Part shown: piece after piece, positions 1-11,771 of the stretch
Position numbering within the stretch: the stretch's first letter is position 1
Layout: every line of letters begins with the position of its first letter
The notes under the pieces: model-generated
Seen by the model: only the letters and a program-made list of their open reading frames with translations
Told to the model about the DNA's origin: nothing
Database searches by the model: none
Virus record (IMG/VR): IMGVR_UViG_2061766007_000736
From: an uncultured virus (IMG/VR IMGVR_UViG_2061766007_000736)
Lineage: Duplodnaviria; Heunggongvirae; Uroviricota; Caudoviricetes
Direction: 5' to 3' (one strand)
DNA length: 64,000 bases
Position numbers and translations under genes: made by a program

Positions 1-21
1 CAAGGGGGAGAAAAAACATAA

Positions 22-495
22 ATGGAATTACTCTCAAAATACAACCTTTCGGAAATATTTATGTTTATTATTGTTTTAGCTGTTGCAATTCAACAATGTG
101 TGAATTTTTTTGAATGGGTTAAAGTGCGCATTGACCGCGTTTTTAACAAAGAACATAATAACATTATTGAAAAAAATTAGCTAGAACGTCGTCTTCAATA
201 GGGTGGCGAAATAATGGATAACCTACAAATGAATCAAAACCAAACCGATCAGATTTTGAGTGATTTATCAATGAAAATTGATATGTTAATTAATTCAGAT
301 AAAGATAGTATCAAAGCTTATATCACTCAACGTCATCATTGGTTCTGTTATGAACAAGGATGGATTGATGATTTTAGTTTGGAGTGTTTAGAAAAACGTT
401 TTCAGCATTATGAAGATGAAGGCGGTAATTCTTTTATTGGACATTTTATGGATGAGCTAAGAGCTCTACCTAATCAAAAGCCATCAGAACAATAA
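22..495 (+). CDS. Holin-like membrane protein (TAG read-through)
   Basis: RBS GGGGAG, ATG at 22, N-terminal hydrophobic helix (IFMFIIVLAVAI). In-frame TAGs at 178 and 199 join it to ORF 214..495. The C-terminal Y..EGGNS motif resembles that of 8928..9221. Confidence 0.65.
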
Positions 496-521
496 AAAAC
501 AAGAGATAAAAGGAGATAGAT

Positions 522-3312
522 ATGGCAATTACTTCAAATTTATATCCGCCAATAATGCAGGATACAATGCCTGCTTTTATCAGAACAAAAACTTGTAAAA
601 TTTATTTTGCTTTGTCTACCTATAATACAATAACAGATATTAAAAACGTTCAAATTTCATTGGTTAACCAAACAACCAATGCTTCTGCTTTAAAAACAAC
701 TGCATATCCATCAGGAATAAAAATTGCGAATATGTTTTATGACCCTACAATAAAAGGAGAATATAACTATTATGTACAAATTGAACCGTCTGATTTAGAA
801 GCGGGCAGCTTTGAATTAAATCAATTTTATAAAGTACAATTAAGATTTACCGCGGCAGNNNNNNNNNNNNNNNNNNNNNNNNNNNTACAATAATATGCAA
901 TATTTTTCTGAATGGTCTAAAGTTTGTCTATTAAAAGGAATTGAGCAACCCTATTTATCTATTCGAGGGTTTGACAATACAAATGAAAATCAAGAAACAA
1001 TATTGACCAATTCTACAGTAAGTGTTATTGGCGAACTTACTTATACAAATAATCAAAATTTAGAAGGAGAATATTTAAAAAGCTATAATATAAAAATTTA
1101 TTAGGCCGGACAGTCAGATAATATTCTCTTTGATAGCGGTGAAATATATACTAATGTATATAACCCAAATGAACTCAACTATGATATTCCATATGAGTTG
1201 TCAAACGGTATTAATTATGTAATGACTCTAACATATACAACTAATAACGCATATTCATAGACTATCAATTACAATTTTACTATTATCGAATATGGACATA
1301 ATGAATTAAATGCTACTATTTCCGCAACAGCGGATGAAGAGACAGGTAGAATTAGAATTGATATCGTGTCTACTGATCCTGAAGAACGATTTATTGGAAA
1401 TATTACGATTCGAAGAACTTCATCAGAATCTAATTTTCATAAATGGGAAGATGTTAATACAGTTGCATATGCGACTGGAACATAGTTAAATTACAGTTGG
1501 TATGATTCAACCATACAAAGCGGTGTGTGGTATAAATATTGCGCGCAAAGACGAAATGCCAAGGGCGACCGCGGCACAATTATACAAATAGAAGAGCCCA
1601 TCATGTGTTCTTTTGAAGATATACTTTTAACCAAAAAAGATAGCCAACTTAAAGTAAAATTTAATCCAACTTTAACAGGTTTTAAATATCAAGTAACAGA
1701 ATCACAGCAGCTAGCAATAGGCGGAAAATATCCTTATATTAAACGCAACGCCGCAACCTATTTTAGAACCTTTTCTCTTGGTGGATTAATTAGTTCTTTA
1801 GTGGATTTAACAGATTGGTATGACCCACATTTTTATGATGATAAATTCCATAATAATGAAAATGAAATTGGAGCTTTTATAACAAAAGAAAAAATGTACG
1901 GGCAAGCTACAAAAACATTATATTAGAATTTTAATCAAAAAAATCGCATATATGATTAGAATAACTACATTTATTAGAGAGATTTTAGAAATAAAGTTTA
2001 TGAGTTTCTTTATAAAAATGATGTTATTCTATTTCGTTCTAAGGCGGAAGGTAATATTTTAATTAAATTAATGGATATTAATTTTGAACCTATCGGAACA
2101 CTAGGAAGGATGTTATATTCTTTTTCTGCAACAGCTGTTGAAATTGATGATGCTACAATAGCTAACTATGATAAATATAATATTCAGAATTTAGGACATT
2201 ATGAACCTTATGTTATGTATGAACATAAAAAAATTGGTCAAATTTCTGGTACTTATACTTCTTCTGATGGAAATATTCTGAATAGTAAATTGGCGGAAAA
2301 GCATAAAAAATCATCTAATGAAGGATATATAAATCAAATTGGCGGATTAACTTCATTAAAATTAGAAATTGAATCTTAGCCTTATGTTATTATAGAGCAA
2401 AATGGTGAATTAGTAAAAGCAACGACCGCGTCAGCAATTAATGCGGCAGATGCTATTTCTGGTTATATAGTGATTCTGAATAATACAGAAATGATTATTC
2501 GTTCTACTCAAGAACGCCGTTCAAAAATAACTGAAAATAATCAATTTACACCTGAAATTATTCATATTGGACATTTTGAATTAAAAGAACCCAATACTTT
2601 AATTACAGATTTACGTTTTAAATATCCAACAACCGCAACTATTGATTATACAGTTCTTTTACAAGAAGTAGAGGATACATCAAAATTAGTGAGTAGAATT
2701 TATTATTATTACAAACCTGGTCAACTTTATGGTNNNNNNNNNNNNNNNNNNNNNNNNNNNNNNNNNNNNNNNNNNNNNNNNNNNNNNNNNNNNNNNNNNN
2801 NNNNNNNNNNNNNNNNNNNNNNNNNNNNTAATGATGTAGATATTAATCGACATGTATTAGAAAATGGATATTTACAATTAAAAGAACCTGATATTTCATT
2901 TCAAGATTTATATTTTCACGGTATTCACTTAAAAGAACAAAATCTTGCTAATTAGACAACTGATTTAAAAGATGATGAATTTGTTTATACAAATGAAGAA
3001 TATGATTCTTTTAGTGAAATTATTAATCCTATTTCAAATGGCGTGTATACAGTAAATTATGCAATGGTTATGAATCCAATCTCGTTTAATGAAGGAGAAA
3101 ATGGATTATTAACTGTTACAGAAGATGGTGTTGTTAAAAATAATATTAATCAAAACTATGCTTTATTACTTCAACAATAGCAAAATTAGGCTATGAAACG
3201 ATATATTTATTATCACAATCATTGGTATCATTTTACTTAGACTCATGAAGTTCTTTGTCCTATTGATGGAATTATAAATTATACCTGCGAAATTGTGAAG
3301 GAGGTATATTAA
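522..3312 (+). CDS. Large virion structural protein (baseplate/tail region, ~930 aa, TAG read-through)
   Basis: ORF pieces 895, 1525, 2071 and 2470 share one frame and are separated only by TAG. Ends at TAA 3310-3312, overlapping the next ATG. The frame changes only across the first N gap. Product inferred from context. Confidence 0.65.
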
Positions 3313-5332
3313 TGTCATATAATTTTCCATATTTAAAAGATAATAATTTTTTAAAACATTTTAATAAAATTAATTTAAAATAGCAATATGTAAAAATTAT
3401 AGTTCTTAGCTTCCAATAGGAAAAACCAATAAGAGAAATTCAGGGACGCGTATCTGGAGGAAATTTTAATTTAGATGGCTCTTCTGGAATGAGAAGAACT
3501 GGGAATATTTCTTTAATAGCAGATGAGTATGAAAATAATTTTACAGATATACAACATTTATTAACAATAAATAAAAAAATTGAAGTCTTAATTGGCTTTT
3601 CAAATACAACAGATGAATATAAGGAATATCCAATTTTATGGTTTCCTCAAGGTATTTATGTAATTCTTTCACCAAATATTACCTATGATTTTAATGGAAT
3701 TAATATTTCATTAACTCTTCATGACAAAATGGCTTTATTAAATGGAGAGTGCGGCGGCACCTTGCCTGCGTCAGTAATCTTCAGTTAGATAGAAGATATA
3801 GACGAAGATGGGAATACTCAAATTACACAACCCACTATCTTTCAAATTATTTTAGAGTTAGTGAACCATTTTGGTGGAGAGCAATTAGGAAAGATTTTAA
3901 TTAGTGATATAGATAATAAGATAAAAAAAGTTATGAAATGGACTGGTTCAATTCCTTTATATCTATATCAATAGGTTGCTCAAGATGGAACTATATATAA
4001 TAGCTTTAGTACAAATTATGCTGAATTAAAACAAAAACAATAGATAGGAAATGGTACAATCCGCGAATTTTCATATGGAGAAGATATAGGTTATATTTTA
4101 ACTGATTTTACTTATCCAGGTGAATTAATTGGAAATGCGGGAGACACTGTTGTTACAATTTTAGACCAGATAAAAAATGTATTAGGTAATTATGAATATT
4201 TTTATGATTTAAATGGAAATTTTAGATTTCAAGAAATTAAAAATTATTTAAATACATCTTATTCAACTTTTCTGATTAACGAAATTAATGCAGGTAATTA
4301 TTTAGTTGATTATACAAATGGTAAGTCTGTGTATGTTTTTGAAGATTCAGATATTATTCAGTCTTATTCAAAAACTCCTCAATACTAGCAGATTAAGAAT
4401 GATTTTATAATATGGGGAAAACGGACATCAATAGAAGGTAAATAGATTCCTATTAGATACCACTTAGCCATTGATAAAAAGCCAACAGTAGGAAATGAAT
4501 ATAAAGTTTTCTTTTACACAGACCCAGATGATGGGATCTTAAAAGCAAAGAAACCCGCATATTTCAATTCAAAGAATGATTTTCCAACAAAAGGTGAAAT
4601 TGGAACATACTATTACGCGGCGGACGTTGGTATAGTTTACAAATGGGCAGCTGATGTAAAAACTTATTAGCAGACTCCCTATACGATAGAAAATATAAAA
4701 GCCACAGATTATAGAACTTAGTTATATATGGCTGGTGTTGCCAGTTAGCCTTTTGGGTTAAATAGTAATTATTATTATACAGAATTAAAAAATGAATGGC
4801 CTAAAATATATGATTTAAGAAATTCTCAATTTTTTGAATCAACTTTAGCGCAACCGAGTGATATAGATTTCTNNNNNNNNNNNNNNNNNNNNNNNNNNNN
4901 NNNNNNNNNNNNNNNNNNNNNNNNNNNNNNNNAGATGATTATGTTAATTGTATTTTTGAACCAGATAATCCAGATATAGTAATTATTGAAGCGGGAAGTG
5001 ATGAAGCAGATTCTTTACAAAGAGATTGCGAAAACCGCAAACAAGAATATGCTCAAGTTCGCCCTGAAATTTATTCAATGTTGGCGAATGGTGGCGTTTT
5101 AAGGTCTGCCTATGAATAGATACGAAAAGAACTATATCAATATACAAATTATAATGAAGAAATTTCATTAACAGTTTTACCAATTTATTATCTAGAACCT
5201 AATACTAGGATTACAATAAAAGATAAAAAAACTGGTATTTATGATGATTATGTAATAAAAACAATTTCATTACCATTGGATATAAATGGAGTAATGAATA
5301 TATCTTGTACAAAAGTATTAGAAAGAATCTAA
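3312..5332 (+). CDS. Putative baseplate hub/tail protein (~670 aa, TAG read-through)
   Basis: GGAGG RBS, ATG 3312, open except for TAGs. Motifs RRTGNISL, LHDKMALLNGECGGTLPAS and LPIYYLEPNTRITI are typical of phage tail/hub proteins. One N gap. Confidence 0.7.
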
Positions 5333-5348
5333 TTAAGGAGGAAAATTT

Positions 5349-6050
5349 ATGAGTTATCAAATTGGTCAATTTAGACGACCTCAAATAAATTCCTATTATA
5401 CTCCTTTAACTATGGAATTAGATTATCAAGAAACTCAAAGATTAGCAAATGAAAATATAGTTTTTCATGATGCTTGTGGTTCTTTATCTGGAGATAATAT
5501 TATAAACAATAAAAATAACTATTATTTACGTTTTGGGATTAGACAAAGATTAGATGCTGAACAAACTTTTTCTTTAAAACTTCAGAATAGTTTTGAAGCA
5601 GAAGATAATGAGCAATTAATTGAAACTTATACAATAAAAAGAGGAAACGGAATTTCTTATTTTGAAAATATTTTATCTCCAAATGAAACTTATAATAAAA
5701 TTATTTGGGAATTAGAAAGAACTTCTTTAGATTATCAAATTGTAAATTAGGATGGGTCATATGGAAGAATGTTGTAGTTATAGATAGTAAACTATTCAAG
5801 ATTAATAGACGTATTAACTAATTTAAAAAGCACTTATTCTAATTTAAATTATTTTACAAAAATAGGTATTCAAGGACCTCCATCTCTGTTAATGTGTATA
5901 AATGGAGAGCAAATTAGAATTGGTAAATCTGGAATCTATGAATTAAATAATGAAGATATTAATATTATTTCTATAAGTTTTGTTCCTAAAGAATCGACAA
6001 CAACTTCAGATGGACTTGATTATTTTATTATGGATTTTGAATATGAGTAA
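5349..6050 (+). CDS. Virion structural protein, hypothetical (TAG read-through)
   Basis: AAGGAGG RBS. ORF 5349..5750 continues through TAGs to KIGIQGPPSLLMCINGEQIRIGKSGIYE and TAA 6048-6050. Confidence 0.7.
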
Positions 6051-6067
6051 AAGGAGAGTAAAATAAT

Positions 6068-7602
6068 ATGTATTCATTTTATGGCGGAAGACCGGGTAAT
6101 TCTTTCATTATAGTTGCCGCTTATGAAAGTATTGCAGATATGGTCGCAAAATTTAAATTAGGGCCAAATTATACGGATGTTCATTATGATGAGCATGTAA
6201 TTATAAATACAATAAATAAAAATAATCCTGAGAATGGAAAAATTTATCGCCGCGGATATGATTTTAATAATGATATGGGTGGCGCAGAATATATTGGAAC
6301 TATCGTAGGTCCTGCAGGTAATGCTCCTATGCTAGAAATGACAACTATTTAGGATATTGAATCTAAACAGGCAGAAGAAAATTATTAGGAAAGATATTCT
6401 GAAGGTACTTACACTTTAGAAAATGGAAATTTAGTACCTGGAAAAACTCAAAATGGAACTTTTAATGATGATATTTCTTGGGCTTGTTATTCTGTTAGAG
6501 ATGCTAATCACGAAGATACTATTGCTTATATTGGATTTAAAATTCCATATTTAGTTATAGAATTTCAATCTTCTCAAGTTGAACCATATGTAAATGGTGT
6601 TTATGGAGATACGAGTTCTATAACTAAAATTGATGATGGTCAACATCCTTTTTATCAAAAACTGCAAATTAATATCCCAAAAGGCATTAAAGGAGATAGT
6701 ATAAAAAATTTAAAAGTTGTAACTGCAACTTCAGATATTGAACCTTATGTGGGACAAGCTGATGATGTTAATGCTAGCAGGCAAGTATTAGTATATGATT
6801 ATTATGATTATAATATTAATCAAGATGGTTCACCTAAAAAAATATATTTAGGTGATTATAATATGATTGATGATATTTCTATTGCGGAAGATGGTACTAT
6901 TATTATTAATTATAGTCATAATGATAATGTAGTTTGGAATAAAAAATTAAAATGGATAAATTCTATTTCATTAAATGAAAATACTGGTGCGTTTAAAGTA
7001 ATTTATAACCAATCTACTAATGCTGATGGGCAAGCAACTGAATATAATGTTCAATTAGATTGGGTAAAAGACATATCTGTAAATAGTAATGGTACAGTTA
7101 CTATTGATTATACAAAAAGCGCAGATAAAGTTTATAATAATTTAATTAAATGGGTAACTGGAATTACATTATTAAATAATGGAACTATGCAAATTCATTG
7201 GAATACAGGTGCTACTGACACAGTTCTTAATAAAATTGTAAAATGGATTAGTTCTGTTAATATTGCAAACGATGGAACTTTAACAATAGAATATAATAAT
7301 GGAGCAAATCCAACTACTTATTCTAAAATGTTTAAATGGATAAGTGATGTTTCTTTAGATAATAATGGTACATTAACAATTAATTATAATAATGATTCAT
7401 CTCCATCTGTTTTTACTAATGCAATCAAAAGTCTTTCAGACATAACAATCAACACGGGAGCAAATGAAGGGTAGGGAAGTCAAAAACTTGCTATTACATG
7501 GAATAATTCAAACGCACCTATTGAAATTGGTAATCCTATTAATTATATTATGGAAACCAGAATTGATAATGATAACCATTTATTAGTATGGTATTCAGAC
7601 CC
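6068..7602 (+). CDS. Baseplate/tail-fibre-like protein with ~33-aa KWI repeats (runs into gap)
   Basis: ORFs 6068, 6749 and 7550 are in one frame joined by TAG. Tandem repeats of KW(I/V)xxIxxxxNGTxxIxYN. May continue into 7662..8379. Confidence 0.7.
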
Positions 7603-7661
7603 NNNNNNNNNNNNNNNNNNNNNNNNNNNNNNNNNNNNNNNNNNNNNNNNNNNNNNNNNNN

Positions 7662-8379
7662 TCAATATATTATATAGGATTATAACCAAACTTCTATTAA
7701 TGGAAAAAATCAAACTATTGAAGAAGCTTTATCATCCATGGATAGCGTAGTACAAAATGCAATTAGTTCAGGTCAACCAATTCCAGTAACAAGTTTATCT
7801 CAAATGATTGCTGATAAATCTAAAATTTATTTATATCAAGGCCCAACTACTATTACCGAAGATCAAGTTTCTCTTGAGCCTAGTTATTTATATTATTTTA
7901 TAAATAATGAATTGCATCAAGGAGCTTTTTATGGAAATAATATTACTGCTGATTCTACTTTAGATGATACTTCTATGAATCCAGTTCAAAATAGAATTCT
8001 TACACAATTAATTACAACCCTTCAATCTCAAGTTTCTGCTTTACAAGAACAAATTTCTGGTGAAAGTTCTTCAGGTCTTGGAGACTATATCATTGATTCA
8101 GGAACTGCACAAGTTGTAGATATTGCTAAAAATTCAACTAAACAATATAAATTTACTTTTAAAGAAAGTTTTCAAGATAAAGATATTTCTCCTATATATA
8201 TTACTTTATCTGTAGGGACAGCTCAAAATAACTCTGGCTATCATGACGTTGAAGCTTGTTTAATTCATGATTCTATAACTACAACTGGTTTTACGTGCTA
8301 TGTTTGTAATGGGACTGGAGCAGTAAGATCTCCAAGAGTAACTTATATAGCAGTTCAAAAACGAGTTAATTCAGAATAA
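7662..8379 (+). CDS. Tail-fibre-like C-terminal region (5' end in gap)
   Basis: The frame is open upstream of ORF 7738 apart from one TAG. Contains DSTLDDTSMNPVQNR and ends ITTTGFT...VTYIAV, resembling fibre-tip/H-lectin-like domains. Confidence 0.55.
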
Positions 8380-8393
8380 TAAGGAGACTTCAT

Positions 8394-8708
8394 ATGGCAG
8401 AAACTAATGGATTCTTTGGAAATCTACAAGGTCCTTTCTTAGCAAATGAAGAGTTATTCACAAAGATCCAAGAATAGTGCTCTAGTTAGATAAATTATCT
8501 TTCAAAATTAGGAATTCATTATGTTGGGGACTTTGATTTAGATTTAGAAGGAAAAAGATAGAATCGACAAATTTTTATAAGAATAAATGATATAGAGTTT
8601 CAATTAGGAAAAACTCGAATGTTAGAATTAGAAGATGTATAGATTACATCTATCCAATTTTAGCAAGATATGAATTAGATGTGTTATATTGATTATCAGT
8701 ATAAATAA
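8394..8708 (+). CDS. Small structural protein, hypothetical (6 in-frame TAG; absent from ORF track)
   Basis: AAGGAG RBS, MAETNGFFGNLQGPF...INDIEFQLGKTRMLELED...YIDYQYK then TAA. Resembles the C-terminal part of 5349..6050. Confidence 0.7.
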
Positions 8709-8753
8709 AAAAAATGGGTATAGACTTTTTATTAGTCTATACCCATTTTTTTT
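8707..8753. terminator. Bidirectional intrinsic terminator
   Basis: Perfect inverted repeat A8-TGGGTATAGACT / AGTCTATACCCA-T8 between convergent gene blocks. Confidence 0.9.
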
Positions 8754-8762
8754 ATGTTTTTA

Positions 8763-8849
8763 TTACCATCCCATAGTTTCTATTACAAAATAAGCCATTC
8801 CCATACAAAGAATAGCATTGGAAACATTTCTATATATAAATTTTGACAT
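8763..8849 (-). CDS. 28-aa hydrophobic peptide
   Basis: AAGGAG RBS, MSKFIYRNVSNAILCMGMAYFVIETMGW then TAA. Confidence 0.4.
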   Translation of the reverse strand: MSKFIYRNVSNAILCMGMAYFVIETMGW

Positions 8850-8927
8850 AATTTAACTCCTTATCCAATTACAGACGTGTTTAATGTCCTGATTCTGTAC
8901 AAAAGCGACAATTACACCTCTTTCTTA

Positions 8928-9221
8928 TTATTTGATTGGAAGTTTCTCTATCTCTTCCATCATCTTTTTTGCGAGTCCATTTCCTCCCATTTCCAAATAT
9001 GGAGCATAAATCTCATTCTTAAGGGAGTCATATTCGTCAGTCGTTATATAACCTTGTTCAAGAAACTTGGTTCCAAAGAATATAATCTCAATCTGACCAA
9101 TTCCACGAAGGAGCCGGATTTCTGGAGTAACTTTAGGTTTTGTCAAGAAGTGCATAACAATTACTTCAATTATTTTCCAAAACCCGGCAGAAACGAAAAT
9201 GGCCAAAGCAATGTCTTTCAT
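8928..9221 (-). CDS. Holin-like membrane protein
   Basis: N-terminal TM helix and YLEMGGNG motif. AAGGAG RBS. Confidence 0.6.
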   Translation of the reverse strand: MKDIALAIFVSAGFWKIIEVIVMHFLTKPKVTPEIRLLRGIGQIEIIFFGTKFLEQGYITTDEYDSLKNEIYAPYLEMGGNGLAKKMMEEIEKLPIK

Positions 9222-9287
9222 AATATATCTCCTTACTTTAGCGTAATATAAAACTCATTACTTTGTTAAATTTTTCTTTAGTCCGAC

Positions 9288-10049
9288 TTACAGCGTTTTC
9301 ATCCATGCCGTAATTTTGGGAACATAATAATCCCTGTAACCGTCCTCACTAGGATGAATACCGTCTGTAAGATATACTTCTGCAAGGGCAGCAATATATC
9401 TAATAGGTGGGACAAGAATATTAAGGTCACAAATCGGAATGCCCCACTTCTCACAGCACGATTTTGCCATTGCGTAATGAGAATTTGGTGTTCTTGAATC
9501 AAAATTCGGTGTGGTTTTAGGCACGATAATATATCCGATTTTTTTACCGGGAAACTTGTTGATAGCTGCCTTAAGCATAGTTTCAAATGCGCCTGCGAAT
9601 GTAGAAGTATCAAGGGTGTCACTGTATCCGCTTGTGATTGTCCCGATAGGAACATTATATCCGGCATCATTAAGTCCACCTTCAAGAATGATATAATCGG
9701 CATCTGAACGCATATCTGCTATTGATGCCCAAATTCCTGTGTTATTATCATAATCCGCTATACATCTACCATTTTCTCCAAGATTTTGAACAGTCATATT
9801 GTTCTCAGTTCCAATGATGCCAGCATACCCACCTGTATATGATGCTCCATAGCAAATGCTGTCACCTGTAAAAGTAGCGATTTTCCCGTTTAATGGATTG
9901 CTCATACTAATTTCTCCTGTTCCAAGGACTAATTCGCCCGTCTTAAGATAACCATATTTTCCAATAGGAATATCAGCAGATGATTCAATGTCAGTGTTTA
10001 ATAGATTGATTTTTGTCACACCATCAATCGTGACTTTATTTATTGCCAT
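9288..10049 (-). CDS. SGNH/GDSL hydrolase with phage adaptor N-terminus
   Basis: Blocks GDSI, GGLND and DGIHP. The N-terminus MAINKVTIDG is shared with neighbouring genes. Confidence 0.85.
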   Translation of the reverse strand: MAINKVTIDGVTKINLLNTDIESSADIPIGKYGYLKTGELVLGTGEISMSNPLNGKIATFTGDSICYGASYTGGYAGIIGTENNMTVQNLGENGRCIADYDNNTGIWASIADMRSDADYIILEGGLNDAGYNVPIGTITSGYSDTLDTSTFAGAFETMLKAAINKFPGKKIGYIIVPKTTPNFDSRTPNSHYAMAKSCCEKWGIPICDLNILVPPIRYIAALAEVYLTDGIHPSEDGYRDYYVPKITAWMKTL

Positions 10050-10062
10050 ATCATTACCTCCT

Positions 10063-10914
10063 TTATTCCACTTTTTCTTCGAGTTTCAGTGACAGGGTCC
10101 CCTCCGCTCTTGTTACGCCTACCATGTATCCTGAACCAAGATTATACATGATGAAAGGCTCGTCTGTTCCATTATCTTCATCAACAAGACTTGTATTGCC
10201 AATAATAGGAGTTGCTTCGTTGAGAAGTTCAACATCACAAATATACGCCGTTCCATTAAGTGTGACTCTCCATGTTTGACCAAGCGAAAACCAAATTTCA
10301 CTCATTTCCTCACTACGAAATACATTCCTTCCATTGTCATTTTGAATTGATGTTACTGACCCATCAAAGGCAGTTTCATAATTTCCGCTTGGTTCTGGTG
10401 GTGTAGGAGTAGGAGTATAATTGTACCATGTTACTCCATCTAATTGTGCTAATGTTACTGTTTTATTATTATAAGTAGTAGGAGTTGTCGCTGTAATTGC
10501 ATTTCCTACAAAGGTATTAGGGTAATAAACAGTCTCCGTTAAATTTGTATTATCTTCAAATTCCCAATATATAGTATGAGAAGGAACGGACGGTGTAGAA
10601 CTAGAACCAGAAGTAACAATTATCTCTGTCCCATAAGCATTTGCTACCTCAGACATAGAAGCACCGCCTTGTACATTAACTACAATAGAAGAATATCCAT
10701 CAGCATTGTCATCCGAAGCAAGATATGTTCCATTTAATGTAATAGTTTTAGTAGTTAGTGTAGATGAGCCACCTGTTTGTCCAGTTCCAAGTACTCTTTC
10801 ACCAGTATTTAAATGACCGTATTTTCCTGCGGCAATATCATTGGAGGAAGTTACAGTATCTGTAGTTAAATCAATTTGGGTGATACCATTTAATATAATT
10901 TTACTTATAGCCAT
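10063..10914 (-). CDS. Modular tail-fibre/adhesin-like protein
   Basis: MAISKIILNG..IDLTTDTV head, TKTITxNGTYxASxDxxDGYS module, HTIYWEF...AQLDGVTWY module. Confidence 0.7.
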   Translation of the reverse strand: MAISKIILNGITQIDLTTDTVTSSNDIAAGKYGHLNTGERVLGTGQTGGSSTLTTKTITLNGTYLASDDNADGYSSIVVNVQGGASMSEVANAYGTEIIVTSGSSSTPSVPSHTIYWEFEDNTNLTETVYYPNTFVGNAITATTPTTYNNKTVTLAQLDGVTWYNYTPTPTPPEPSGNYETAFDGSVTSIQNDNGRNVFRSEEMSEIWFSLGQTWRVTLNGTAYICDVELLNEATPIIGNTSLVDEDNGTDEPFIMYNLGSGYMVGVTRAEGTLSLKLEEKVE

Positions 10915-10928
10915 ATTGCCACCCCCTC

Positions 10929-11771
10929 TTACGCTGTTCTTATTAATGACATATAATTACTATTTGCACCAGTCGAACTTAATTTAACATAAGCAACATT
11001 TGATGGTAAATTTATTCCGTTTAATGTACCAGTACTCAGATTACTATCGTTTTGGTCAACAGTCCCACTACTAGATACATCAATAGTACGAACAAAAGTT
11101 TTATTACTATCATATAAACCAATGTTTGTCCAAGTTCCAGTTTTATAAGTAAATGTCATACTAGGGTCAACTAATGTAAAATCTGATGCATAGTACCACT
11201 CTTGTTCAATTTCTTCACCACTGTAATCAATAGTTGTGTTAGCAGTACACTTACTAAAATCAATTAGTTCCGTATTTAATGGAATATTTGAAAGTTCATA
11301 CCATGTTACACCATCTAACTGTGCAGTTGTCACGGTTTTACTATTATATGTTTGTGGTGTTGTTGTTGTGATTGCATTGGATATAAATGAATCGTCCCAA
11401 TATGCAGTAACTGTCGTATTTGTATTATCAGAAAATTCAAAATATATTGTATGTGCCGTAGCAGATGACCCGCTTCCGCCACTTGCTGTTCCCGCTGTCT
11501 TAACTCCCAATGATGTATAAAAATATTTTCCTTGTGCAACATCAGATGCTACTGCTGTTGTATCAGATATATCAACTGCTGTAATTTCTCTGACCGTACC
11601 GCCATGAGAATCAAGAGTATCAACTACCGAAATGGCAGGGGTACCACTACTTTGTGTCACATCAGTAATTACAATATCAGCTTCCATCCACTTCCCACTT
11701 GTAGTAAGTGTTCGTGTTTGATTTTCAACGGTTGTCAGTGTCTGACCTTTATAAGTTACTGTTGTACTCAT
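10929..11771 (-). CDS. Modular tail-fibre/adhesin-like protein
   Basis: DTTAVASDVAQGKYFY module plus a second copy of the HTIYFEF...AQLDGVTWY module. Confidence 0.7.
   Translation of the reverse strand: MSTTVTYKGQTLTTVENQTRTLTTSGKWMEADIVITDVTQSSGTPAISVVDTLDSHGGTVREITAVDISDTTAVASDVAQGKYFYTSLGVKTAGTASGGSGSSATAHTIYFEFSDNTNTTVTAYWDDSFISNAITTTTPQTYNSKTVTTAQLDGVTWYELSNIPLNTELIDFSKCTANTTIDYSGEEIEQEWYYASDFTLVDPSMTFTYKTGTWTNIGLYDSNKTFVRTIDVSSSGTVDQNDSNLSTGTLNGINLPSNVAYVKLSSTGANSNYMSLIRTA

Noticed and set aside
10420..11330. Diversity-generating retroelement TR/VR pair
   Set aside because: Both copies are coding, differences are not confined to adenines, and no reverse transcriptase is in the window.
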